This document shows positions 29,112 to 41,393 of a stretch of 64,000 bases of DNA, in pieces. A program made the position numbers and the translations under genes. The notes under the pieces are model-generated. The model did no database searches, was not told where the DNA came from, and was given only the letters and a program-made list of their open reading frames with translations. Each line of letters begins with the position of its first letter. The stretch's first letter is position 1. This stretch comes from Chlorokybus atmophyticus (lineage: Eukaryota; Plantae; Mesostigma and Chlorokybus algae): positions 623,580 through 687,579 of the forward strand of contig RHPI01001965.1 in assembly GCA_009103225.1 (NCBI GenBank), read 5' to 3'.

Positions 29112-31192
29112 ACCTCTTCTCGCTTCACCCTGCGCCCTGAGCTACACCCACAACAACAACAGCAAACTATACCAGCGAGACCTTGCAATGGTTGTATACA
29201 CCGCCAACCTCCCGTCCAATCAATGATGTCCCATCAATGATAGCCGCTAAGTTAGTGAGTCCCTAGCCCTAACCCTTGACACCGCTTGTTTTATTAATGC
29301 AATGTTGTTACAATACTCAATGCATTTTGTTGTAACAATGCGTTTGGCGTCGATTCGCCGTCCAATAGATGACAACCGCCAGATATAAAGTGAGTCTAGG
29401 AGATTGGCAGCCGCGTCGCTAGCTTTGAAGGTCCCTTGACTTCATTAACTGTGGGACTACATATGGCACTGCACAAGTATGGCTTGTGCGGCGGTCACAA
29501 GGCTTGTGCAGCTTGTGCGACTGTCAATATGAAATATAGTAGGACTTGACAGTCGCAGCAGCAGCTTGGTAATTGAGTAGTTCGCTTGCGAGTTTGCATG
29601 CGCCCTCGTTTTGTGTTGCTTGAATACTTCACTAGTCGTTTGTGGTTTGCTGCTTGAGCTGTCAGCGCTTACTTGAAAGATGTTTGTTTTGCCTTGAAGC
29701 TTCCATGCCTTGTTGCTTGCACGCCAAGTCACTGTCTATGCACTGAGTTCAATTACTGGTTCAGCCTCAGTCTGTGCACTGAGTTCAATTACTGGTTCAG
29801 GCTTCAGCTGACACCATGGCTACTGGGCCGGGCAGCCAAATGCCTGCCGCAGCTGATTGCTTTAGGGCCAAGGGTAACAATTTGCTGGGCCAGGTGACGG
29901 GTCAGCAGTTCTTGATGAAGGAGAAGTGCAAGCATATGCGCACAACGCTGATGGTCAACCAAGAAGCCGAAAAAGGAGATGTTGAGCATGTGGCCACTAC
30001 CCCAAGGTATGAAAGGCAAGGACTTCAAGATGAATGCTGAGCACCGGCAGGAGCTCAACAAATTATGCCAGGCAGTCTTGCACCAGTCACTTCCACTGTC
30101 TTTTTACGCAAACCACTCGCTCATGTGGACAAAAGGTGAGCTGCTTTCTTAATGACATGTGCTCTTTGAATGGAACCCAAATTCAATTGTGTTGAAGTGA
30201 GCTTTCAAGCATGTCGTGCAGCTTTCAGTTCACTCTGTGTGCTTTGCTGTATTGCTGTTGACAGTCCTTACCCTGGTTGCTGTCGCTGTGTTTATGTGCA
30301 AAGTTGCTTCAGTGACCTGTTGCGATATGCTGTCTATTGTTAGCTAGCAGCTTGCAACAGCTGAGTGCTGTCTATGCATTGTGTTGCCATTGACAATTCT
30401 TGCCCTGGTTGCTGTTGCTATGTTCGTGCTTGTTGCTTCAGTGCCCAGTTGCGAAATGCTGTCTTTGAGGCTGTCTTCTGGTAGATGGCAACTTCCAATA
30501 GCTGAAAGTGCTATGTGCTGCTGTCTTGCCGTTGATAGTCCTTGCCGTTGGTACTTTGCTATACTCTTATCTGCGTGTGTTGCAGCACAAATCAAGCAAT
30601 TTGTACTAGTGTTCTAATACTCCGTTGGCGCGAAGCGTGGCAGTGGTAATGGCCAGAGCTGCCAAGAACGCAATGAAGACAAAAAGCGAAAGCGTGCCAG
30701 CGACAGGGAAACTACACAAGGCAGCCGTGCTGCTCAAGCTGAAGCTGGCTAGGGCATGACATTTTGTCTTGGGAGTGACATGAAGGCCACTTAGCAGGTG
30801 GTCATGCTTGCACCTTTAACCGCTGAGCCTTTCTCAGACGCTGAGTTTCGGGCCACTTGGCTAAAAGAGAGGTAAGCAACCATGGTGCTGTCGACCGTCA
30901 ATCCCTGTTCTACTATTGCCTCCATATTGGCGTCACAAATGGTGCCTGCTACTCTGCCTGCTACTCTGCATGTCAAGATAGGGGTGCGGACGGATATGCC
31001 GAAGATCAGGTGTTCGACATCTGTAACAACGAAGTTGTTGTTGCAAATGTCATTTGTTATTGGCGTTGCCACCAACGATTCCGAATGCGAGCCAGACCAA
31101 CCAATGCGCACGTATCTAGTCTTTGTTAACCACTTGATGGCAGTGAAAAGCGAGGATGGCAACCTTGCCGTTCAACTACCTGTGAAAAGAGG

Positions 31193-31304
31193 CATTTTTT
31201 CGATGGCATGCTGGCAAGCAGCTGCCATAGCGGCGTACTTTATAGATACATTTTTTCGATGGCATGCTGGCAAGCAGCTGCCATAGCGGCGTACTTTATA
31301 GGTA
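31193..31304. repeat. 56-bp direct tandem duplication
   Basis: CATTTTTTCGATGGCATGCTGGCAAGC... starts at 31193 and 31249. Other local duplications lie at 29735-29805 and 30245-30550. Confidence 0.85.
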
Positions 31305-31578
31305 CATTGCTTGCTGTAGATTTGCACGTGCTCCTGCTATGACTGTATGTGGTGGAGTCCATGCTTGCATTGTTTGTGTTAAACACAACAACATGCAGGG
31401 CAGGAAAATAGAGTGGCCCATAATATTCTTGGCCAGCGGAGGCATCTGCCCATGTGAGGCATGCGCTAACAATGAGCGCATTGCGGTGCCTGGTTGCATA
31501 AAGAACCTGCTGCCTACGCACGCAGCCCGGCACAACACAGACATAGAGGTTAAGGGCTGTTGTTAGGCTGCTGTCACA

Positions 31579-34325
31579 TATTGAGATTTAGACACTACTG
31601 ATCATGCATGGAGTTGGTGCAAGCACAAGCACACACACTCTACAAGAGCATACACACAAGGCTGATCCAAAAAGGCTTTCCAAGGATTACAACGAAGTCA
31701 CACCGCGGGCTTTTACACCCGCCAGTTTCGCACCTGTCTACTCTAGAAGTCACCACGACTTCTACACTCAACCGATTCCTGCGCTCTAATTTGCACCACG
31801 TAGCTACTTTCAAGAGCTCTCCAACAAGCTATAACACGCGCCATACAATGATGTAACCACCGAGCTACAACGGGGGATGGAAGTCTTCAGACTCCGGACT
31901 TGACTCCACGCCTGGAACCTTCTCGACTGAAGTTCTCGCCTGGACCTTTCTCGCGCCTGAATCTTCTCTTGGCTATTCTTATTCACAGGGCAAGCTGACC
32001 GGACATAAGGATATCCTCAACACTCCCACGCGGACAGCTTGGCCTTAAACACCTCCAATGCCAACTCCTTGCGTACTCATGCGCGAATAACTCCCACGCC
32101 ATCCTTTGCTCTTCCAACCATCTTGAAGACACTTTCCGCACCTCTCAGGAGCGCCTCTTTGAAGCTCTTCACTTGCACACGCTTGTTGTTACTCTCAAGG
32201 TCATTTGCATGTGCTCCCACGTGCTCACTCTTGGCAACGTCCTGTACAACACCACCACAATGCTTCTGCTTCTTGTTCTTGCTGATGCCAACGCCTGCTT
32301 CAGCTCCCACGGGCTTCGGGACTGCGTCTTCAGCCTTCTTGACACCATCAGCAACCTCTACACGTGGAATCACTCCACGACTCGCATGTGACGCGCTCTT
32401 GGTCATTATCACTTAAGCTCCCGCTCCTTTATCAGCAACAGGCACAACATACGTCTTCTTCATTTTCGTCACATCCGGTGCGGACTTGGGCACCTCCACC
32501 TTGGTCTTCTTGTGCATCTCCGCACCCTTGACCTCTTTGATGATGTAGAGCCCTCCAACATTGATGCCAACCAACTCTGTGACACCACGCAGCACTACCC
32601 TTCCTATGTCCCCATTAAACACTATCACAGCACCAACTCTCGCCGCGATGCGCACAGAGAATAGGCAAGCCTCTAGCCCCGAGACATACAGCACCTCTCT
32701 CAACAACACTTGCCTCGTCCTTCCTTCAATCTAGGATAGGATCTTTACTTCTCCTACACCAACTGCGAGCACCTCCGTCTTGCCAAACTTCACCTTAATT
32801 GGCTACTCTAAGACCTTGTACTTCGCTTACTTCTCATGATCACCCGTCATATGCCTCGTGCAACCCGAGTCCAACACCCAACCAGCTGCCTGACCATCCG
32901 TTGTTGCATGAAAGGCAATAGGCGTCTCTTGAACACGTCCCGTCATGGCATGATGATTCTCTCCACCACGCTCCTCTTCGTGCTGCTTCCTCATCGAGCA
33001 ATGCACCTTGATGTGGCCCACATCAAGGTGCATTGCTCATTCTAGACGCTCCACCACCACTACCACTACCACCGCCACCATCACTATTAAAACGCCCAGA
33101 CCCATGCTGAAAACGATCAGCACCTCTTGCTGAGGTCGCTGAGAAAGCCGTCGCCTCCGGGCCTTTCTCAAGCTTCTTCGCCGGCCTTGACTCCACCTGC
33201 AGCAATCTTAAAACCACCTCTTTCACCGTGGGTTCTGCCTCCAAGCCCTCCAAGACCGTGATCACCGTGTCGTAGTCTACAGGCAACCCAAACAGTACTT
33301 GCCACACCAACTCGGACTCTTTCACCTCATAGCCAACGCCTTGAAGGTCCTTCTGCAACTCTCGTGCACGCGACATTTACTTGGTAATAGGCTCCGCTGC
33401 TCCTTGCTTCTTCAACCCAGCAAGCTCTCTCATCAGCTGCACCTTCCTCGCGCTATTCTTCGCCTTGAAGTGCGATGCCAACTTCTCTCAAGCTTCTCGT
33501 GCCGTCCTGCAGCCGTCCACCAACACCAAGTGATGGTCCCTCACGTTGAGGCCGATCACGGCAAGCGCTCTCCCACTTTATTGCTTCCACACCGTGCTCT
33601 GCCTCATGAGATCCGCTTCCTCCGTATCCACGTACTCCCATAGGTCTTTGTGCACCAGCAACATCTTCATGCGCACGCTCCATGTGTTGTAGTTGTCCAC
33701 GCCCAAAGGCTCTATGTTCACCTTGTCGTAGTAAGTTGCCATCTTCAAGGACTCAACCCAACCTCACAAGACTCAGCTAGAACTCCTTGCCTAGCCTACT
33801 ACCGTTATCACGCCTCTGGACACTTGCTAGACCAGCGTTGTGTGGGCCCATAACCTATTGAGATTTAGAAACTACTGATTATGCATGGGGTTGGTGCAAG
33901 CACAAGCACACACACTCTACCAGAGCATACACACAAGGCTGATCCCAAAAGGCTTTTCAAAGATTACAACAAAGTCACACCGCGGGCTTTTATACCCGCC
34001 AGTTCTGCACCTGTCTACTCTAGAAGTTACCACGACTTCTGCACTCAACCGATTCCTGCGCTCTAATTTGCACCACGTAGCTACTTTCAAGAGCTCTCCA
34101 ACAAGCTATGACACGCGCCATACAATGATGTAAGCACCGAGCTACAACGTTTCTTCTACAGCGCCTGGAAGTCTCCAGGCTCCGGACTCGACTCCGCGCC
34201 TGGGACCTTCTCGACTGAAGTTCTCGCCTGGACCTTTCTCGACTGGCACCTTCTCGCGCATGAATCTTCTCGCGGCTATTCTTATCCATAAGGCAAGCTG
34301 ACCGGATACAAGAATATCTTCAACA
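31579..34325 (-). mobile_element. Ty1/copia LTR retrotransposon, internally deleted (gag-protease only); LTRs 33856-34325 (5') and 31579-32022 (3')
   Basis: LTR pair reads TGTTG...CAATA on the minus strand. PBS GGTTATGGGCCCA follows the 5' LTR and PPT GTGGGAG precedes the 3' LTR. Gag MATYYDKVNIEPLGVDNYNTWSVRMKMLL starts at 33742; protease WVLDSGCTRHMTGD. No integrase or RT. Confidence 0.92.
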
Positions 34326-34948
34326 ACGTGTGTAGCGCACTCCGTGCATGCTGCATTGGCCAGCGAACTTATGTACACGCTCCGCACACAATAGACACAA
34401 CTCGGCAGCCTAGCATTACACACAGCATTTGGCTCCCACTCCATTACAATGATTGACGCGAGCGCAACGTTCACTACCTTCATGGCGAAAGAGGACCTGG
34501 GAACTGGTGCCAAACCCGGCAATGCTCCCACGACTGCTGCATCTTGCTGTAATTGCCATTGCCCGCGCTCGTTGCAAAATGCAAGCCACTCGCTTTCAGC
34601 ATAACGGCACAACATAACCGCCCCTTACATTGTCAAAGTTCTCCTAGCGTGCCATGTTCTACATGGCCATTAGGTTTAAGGGGTCTCCTCGCGGGTGGTC
34701 GCTATACATTCGCCGTTCCGTTGCAACTGCCTCAGTGCCCCCCACGCCTGCTAGTGTCCATATTGCACAAGCCATAATGGTGATGTCGGGAAGTAGCTCA
34801 TGTCTCGAAAGGTTCCAATCCCCAAAAGTTCAGCCGTCGGCTCTGCTATTCCACAGGATAAGCGGCTTGTCCACAAATCTAGTTTGTGTATGATAGCATA
34901 CGCACATAGCAGCATTGGTAGCACTGGCACAGCACTAATGCGACGAAC

Positions 34949-36918
34949 ATGCCAAATGCTAGCTCGGAGTACCAAGCAATGTCCAAGCACAAGTCTGGGT
35001 ATTTTGTTGGCTCTTGGCACAAAGCCTCAAACGGGGAGCATTGTTATTATGAAATAGAGCAAGAATCTATTTCGTCTGAAGGTTTGCAGCAAGATCGTAG
35101 GTATCCTTCAAGGGAAAGGAAGCAGCCTGACTGGCTATCTCTAATATACAAAGCAAAAACCGCACATGTGGAGGAGCCTGAGCCAAGTACCTTCAAAGAA
35201 GCTTTGCGTGGTCCTGATGCTGAGCTATGGCAGCAAGCGATGAACGAGGAAGTTGCATCGCTGCATGAGAACAACATTTTGAAGCTGGTGTTAAAGCTGA
35301 TTTTTCCAAGTGTGTGTCACGCTTAAATGGCTGCCAAGTCACCATCAGATTTGTTGCTTATGTAGTAATAAAGACGGACTAAGTGAGACTTTCGCTTGTC
35401 AAGCTGTGTAGTGCTTGGCAGGTGTGCTCATGCAGTCATGCATGCCTATATAGTCAAAGACACAATACTACACATAAGATTGATATGGACGAGCATGGAG
35501 TCCATACAAAATGTTCATCATGAACAGTTCATGGCCACATCGGCCTAGTCTATCACTATTATATAACAATGGTGACCAGATGTAACACTCTGAAGGCAGT
35601 TTTAAAATACCTGTGGCAGTTTACATCAACGTGACACTGACTGCCATCCTGTGTTTGCTACAAGCAATATGAAGCCATTAATGGCATCATGCGTCGTTCT
35701 ATGGCAGACACTTCAAGGTTGATGTCCTGCGATGGGACATGTTCTGTGTTGGACATGCAGCCTATGAGCAGCACCTCCGACCTATGTCGATGTTTCCGAG
35801 CTGAGATTTTGAGTCCCTTGGTGGGACAGGTTATTGGACAGGTCAGCACACAGTAACAAGGCCTCCATGGTCTTTTACATTGTTGTGTCGGGAGAGCAGC
35901 AAGTGAGTACATGAGCTTGTGTAAGCTTAATGTAGGTATTATTATGTGTGGTGCACTACAGCAAAGCCATTGTGTGTGTGGTGCCCAATTCAGAGCTGTT
36001 CAAGGGGCTCTCGCCCTCTACCATCCCTTGTGGGCTGGTGGTGTACTACTGTAAGTGTGGGAGCGTAGTGTGGGGTTGTAGTGATCGGTGGGCGTCCTCT
36101 TCTCCTGGAGGTGGCGCTGCTGGACCTCCTCCACCTGCTATTGCTTGCGTGTGTTCGGTGACAAGTCCTTGTGTGTGTGCCCAAGTCTAATACGCTACCG
36201 AGCAGGCAAGTAAATGTAGAATTGTTACAGTGGGTTTACAAGCGGAAGCGTGATATTTTTGAATAAATTGAGCGGTACAAGGCGCGATTGGTTGCAAAAG
36301 GCTTCTTACAGCAAGGAGGGGTGGACTACAACGAAGTCTTTGATCTGTAGAAAAGCTATTTACATCTTGGACTTTTGCTCGCTGTAGTTGTTGCTAATGA
36401 TCTAGAACCTCACCACCTGGACCTCGAGACTGCTTTCTTGTATAGAGAGCTTGAAGAGGAGATTCTCTGTCAACACAACTTAAGGGTTTTAAGAAGGAGA
36501 TCCTGAATTTGCTTGTGGACAGAAGAAGGCCATGTATGGTTTAGATCATGCGCCTGCGTCTCGCACATTTGGCGATGCAAGGAACTTGAATAGTCGAAGT
36601 TTATGGCATCCACTGCAGCTGCCGGACTGTTTTTGCACAGATTGTTTGAAGACCATGGAGGTCTGGCTACTGATTTATATAGACATATATGTGGATGACA
36701 TCCTAGTTGGTGGAAGACAGCTTGAAAATTTGGAACATGTCAAGATGAGGATTGGAGCTGAGTTTGACGTGAGAGATTATGGAGAGGCTAAGCTGTTCTT
36801 GGGGTTTGTCATTAAGAGGGACATAGCCAACAAGGCTGCGAAGATCAGTCAGCCACCGATGGCTGCTGAGCTGATTAAGAAGTTTGGGCAAGATGTAATG
36901 CTGATTGATGTGAAATAG
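34949..36918 (+). pseudogene. Degenerate copia pol (RT N-terminal part)
   Basis: PSTFKEALRGPDAELWQQAMNEEVASLHENN, RYKARLVAKG and IYVDDILVGG...LFLG; split by an insertion of about 0.9 kb (about 35299-36190). Confidence 0.85.
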
Positions 36919-38874
36919 GCTAAGAAGGGCTTATAAGGCATTGATAAGTAGTACACAACCTCTGCTGGTAGCGACTGTCGCTACCATAGCCTAGTCGGCT
37001 AAGCCCCGCGTTACACAAGCCGAGGCTAAGCTTAGAACCGTGCCCATGGCTGTAGGTCTGCACTTGCAGAAGGCTGCTTCTGGTGCTGAGCCTTTAAACA
37101 AAGTGAAGTACCCCTACAACCGCCTTTGTAATAACACCACCATCGCCGGTGATGCCCCGCAATACTCTATCCCAACACCCACACCGCCAATGACAAGCCT
37201 GTCAAGCCGCCGGCAGCATGACGTTGTGGCAGAAGTCTGAATGATGTCTCATCAGCTCATGAGACCTTTCATGTTGAGTCGGTTTTCACTATAACTTTTC
37301 GATATACAAGTTCATACCAGATATCATCCATATTAATAGGGTTACCGATAAAAATCTAACGTGAGCCAAGTAAGTGATAGATATAAAAAGGCATATTCTC
37401 GAGAATATGCTCATTGAAAATCTAACGATAAGGTACCTACGATAGGATACTTATTGACGAGGTACCTCACTTGATGTTTGCCTGTAGTGATCACATATAT
37501 GACACTAAAATAGGCTTGAAGTTATTGAAAGTATAATAAAATAACATAAGTTAGCTTTGATAAGCGAGGAACTATAAAAAAAGGTACAAATAAATATTTA
37601 AGTATACATACTCATACAAAATGTCGTTTTGGGGTAGCAATAATACCTGTATTGTTATTTCTTTTGTTACCCCCCCCCCCNCCCCCCTAAGACTTTCAAC
37701 GTCCTCGTTGAACTCAACTTGATCAGTCTTGGTTTTAAGTAATTGTATTAATGAGATAGCGGAAAATGACAGGGTGGTGATGAAACTGCATTGCCAGTCT
37801 GTGATCAACCAAGCGAACAATTTACGAGTCGGGATGTGAATCCTTAACAGCTTGAAGCAACTCGCGGCGGTGCGTAAGATGCCTCTCGGGCTCCCAACTG
37901 TTACGTTCCGACCATATCCTTTTCACTTCACAAAATAACAGGTTGCGCGTCATCAACTAGTTAGTTTATGGTCCGGTATAGCTTTCATCTTGTATTCGAG
38001 CTCGCTGTCCGCCTCAACTAGTGGTGGTGGAGGCTGCGTTCTTCCGTTTAAGCGGTTAGGTTTCAACAAGCTCACATGGAACACGTTGTGTATACGCACA
38101 CTTGGGGGCAATTGCAGGCAATAAGCGTGCGTACCAACTCTGTCAGTGATAGAGAAACGAATTCAATCATTGGGGCAGCAACTTGCGAGCATCCGTACCT
38201 TTGATGGTCATGTTCTTTACGTTAAGCAATACTTTATCGCCGACATCGAAAGTGGCCATTCTTCAATGTGTATCAGCAAAAGCTTTTCGCCTGTCTTATG
38301 CTTTTGACAAACATAGCTTGGCTCGAGCCAAGTGTTCCTGCATAGCAATGCTAACACCCGTTGCCGCTAGTACAGTAAGGGCATTGCGAGATACGCGCAA
38401 TGACGCTGGTGTGTTTAGCATGGTCACAAGGTACGCGACTTTTAGACCAATAGTACGCGTTTGGACGCGTACAGAGACCCCGCGTACCTAATACGCAGTC
38501 TGTACGCAGTCTGTACGCCAGTGTAACTGGGTTACGCTCCAGTTACGCTGAGATACAGCTTAGCACTGTATCTCAACCGTAACTGGTCAGTCTAGTGTAA
38601 CTAGGCGGCGGTGCAGGCAACATAGTTGGCGGCAGCGGCGGCGTTAGCGGCGGCAGGCAGGTGGGAACGGCGCTCCTTTAGCTGCAAGCTTCATCTCTCA
38701 AGCTACTGTAGCTGCGCCTGATAGCCATTAGCTACAAGGTGTGTGCGTGGGTATGCACTGGTTGCCTGCATGCTTGGCTATGCGCCCATCATACATCATG
38801 CAGCCTGCAAGTCATACCATCAACGTGCTATATGTGATTTGCATGTGTTCATAATAGTGTTTGTTTATGTTAGA

Positions 38875-41393
38875 ATGACGCAAAGTGCGCTGTGGAAGCA
38901 CGTCGACATAATAGAGAGAAAGCCTCATGGCAACTTTCGTGTGAGGTGTGTTTATTGCGAGCACGAGTGGACAGGAAGTGTTTCACGTATTGGTGCCCAT
39001 CTGAGTGGTGAACGTGGAGTCACCAAGTGCACAACCCCTCCCGAGGAGATCGTCTTGCAACTTACACAAGCCAAGAAAGACAAGGAGAAAGAGGGTGAGA
39101 AGAGGAGGAGGTTGGACTTGCTAGATCAACTCACATCCGCCATTGGGGATGCTGGTGCAGGTACTTGAATGCATGCGTGCATGCATTGAAGCTTGGCAAG
39201 CAGTGGTGCTGCTCATCACGCATCAAATCAATCACATTGTGCTATAGATTCAAGCGCCACCGTTCCTTCTAGTCAACAACAAACTCTTGATGCAACTTTC
39301 AAGCGTGGGGATAAAGCGCATGTGGATGAAGCCATTGCTCGGTTTTTCTTCAGCAATGGCATCCCCTTCAACGTGGCAAGGTCCCCTTACTTTATCGCAG
39401 CAATGAAAGCGGTTGGCAAGTTTGGCGCTTCATATACCCCTCCCTCATCCGAGGCGCTTCGCACAACCTTGTTGGAAAAGGAGTATGCTAGGGTGAATGG
39501 CGAACTTGCAGTCATCAAGGACTCAACACGAGAAACCTCATGCACAATTGCTAGCGATGGATGGTCGGACACGTCCAACCGTCCATTGTTGAATGTGCTC
39601 ATGGTGAGTCCTAAAGGAGAAGTTTTTCTTCAAGCAATCAACACGGAAGGGAAGGAGAAGACGGCGGAGTATGTATCCGAGCAGCTGATCTCCACCATTG
39701 ATGAAGTAAGTGGTGCACTCGTTCATTGCCATTATAGATTGTGTACACAACCATGCTAAGTAACACATGCAAGCACTGACTGGCAGCACTTTATGAGCAC
39801 ATGCATCACACGCGCATGCTCATGCTCGCACCCGACACAAGTACGCATGCGTGTGACACATGCATGCACTGACTGGCAGCACTTTGTGAGCACATGCATT
39901 ACACGCGCATGCTCATGCTCGCACACAACACAAGTACTTATGCGTGTGACACATGCACGCACTGACTGGCAGCACTTTGTGAGCACATGCATCACACACG
40001 CATGCTCATACACGCACACAACACAAGTACTTATGTGTGTAACTTGCAGGTGGGGTCCGCGAATGTGATACAAGTTGTCATGGACAATGCAAGCGTGTGC
40101 GTAGCTGCTGCACGTCTGATCACTAGCGAATACCCGCACATCACATGGACGCCGTGCACCGCGCATTGCTTGGACTTATTGCTTGAGGATATAGGCAAGT
40201 TGGAGTGGGTTAAAAGCGTGGTGGCTGATGGCAAACGCATAGTGAAGTTCATTACCAACCACCATCGTTCCTTGGCCATCTTCCGCTCCAAAGCCAAGCT
40301 AGAGCTGCTCAAGCCAGGTGAAATAGCATGCGTGCATGTGTGTAGTTAGAGATCAACTTAGTACAAGCGCAAGATTAATGGTAGACAGCAACCATGTGAA
40401 ATTGCAGCTGATTGCCCGCGCATGCATGCATGCTCATGTCATGCGCGTGCTTGTTTGCTCATAGCTACTTGTTGTGCAGGAGATACTCGCTTCGCAACGT
40501 CATTCATAACTCTTGCAAGGCTAGTCGAGGTCAAAGACGCTCTCGACGAGGTGGTGGTGAGCAGGGACTGGAAGGCTTGGGCCGACAAGGGTGTGCATAA
40601 GCAAGAAGCTGCTGCAGTCAGAGCGTTGATCTTGGCACCAGATTTCTGGTCACAAGTGGCATTAGTGAATGCGGTGTCGGCCCCCATCGTGGATCTGCTG
40701 CGTTTGGTTGATGGGAACTTGCCCACCATAGGCAAAGTGTACGCCAAGATGTTTCGTGTTGGCGACCAGCTCAAGCATCTGAAGGGCATGACTGAACAAC
40801 AACGACTTGATGTGCGCGCCTGTTGGAGGGACAGGTGGATCATGCTGCATAGTGACATGCATGCAGCAGGCTATGTGCTGGATCCCGAATATTGGGGTCA
40901 TGAGCAGCACACCAATGAGGAAGTTATGGAAGGCTTTGCAACGATGGTGGAGAGGGTCCTGCAGTCCCATGACAAGGTTGACTTGGCGTTGCAACAGCTA
41001 CACATGTACCGAAGTAAGATGGGGCTGTTCGGCAAAGAGGCAGTGCAACGAGCGGCTCTCACAATGCCCGCGCATGCTTGGTGGCACATGTATGGTGGTA
41101 GTGTACCCGAGTTGCAGCAGCTAGCGATGCGCGTGTTGGCTCAACCATCATCAGCTTGTAGCTGTGAGAGATCCTGGAGCACGTACGACTTCATCCACTC
41201 AAAGAGAAGGAATCGGCTGCAAGCACGCAGGGCAGAGAAGTTGGTGTTTGTCTTCACCAACTTGAGGCAGCTGAAGAAGATCCACAACCCACATTATGTG
41301 CAGGAGTTTGTTGAGTGGGAGGCAGACTCTGATGTGGACGTGTTGTCTAGTAATGATGATGAGGGGGGCGAGTCTGATGATTACTCGGTGTAA
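38875..41393 (+). CDS. hAT transposase (BED finger, DUF659-type catalytic region, hATC dimerisation), 641 aa, join(38875..39160,39248..39705,40050..40317,40480..41393)
   Basis: 1926 nt, all junctions phase-consistent GT-AG, no internal stop. Motifs RCVYC...HL, SDGWSD, VVMDNA, WTPCTAHCLDL, KPGDTRF and SSACSCERSWS. Confidence 0.93.
39765..40045. repeat. 93-bp x3 minisatellite in hAT intron 2
   Basis: ACTGACTGGCAGCACTTT recurs at 39775, 39868 and 39961. Confidence 0.93.

Noticed and set aside
29790-31560. Plus-strand ORF fragments as a defined gene
   Set aside because: Coding-like but fragmented; no consistent exon chain or family could be supported.
34741-34760. TAGTG at 34752-34756 as the right CACTA terminus
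   Set aside because: Similarity to the 15724 end is weak beyond the pentamer and the 3-bp flanks differ (CTA versus TCC). TAGTG at 30607 and 54502 also lack support.
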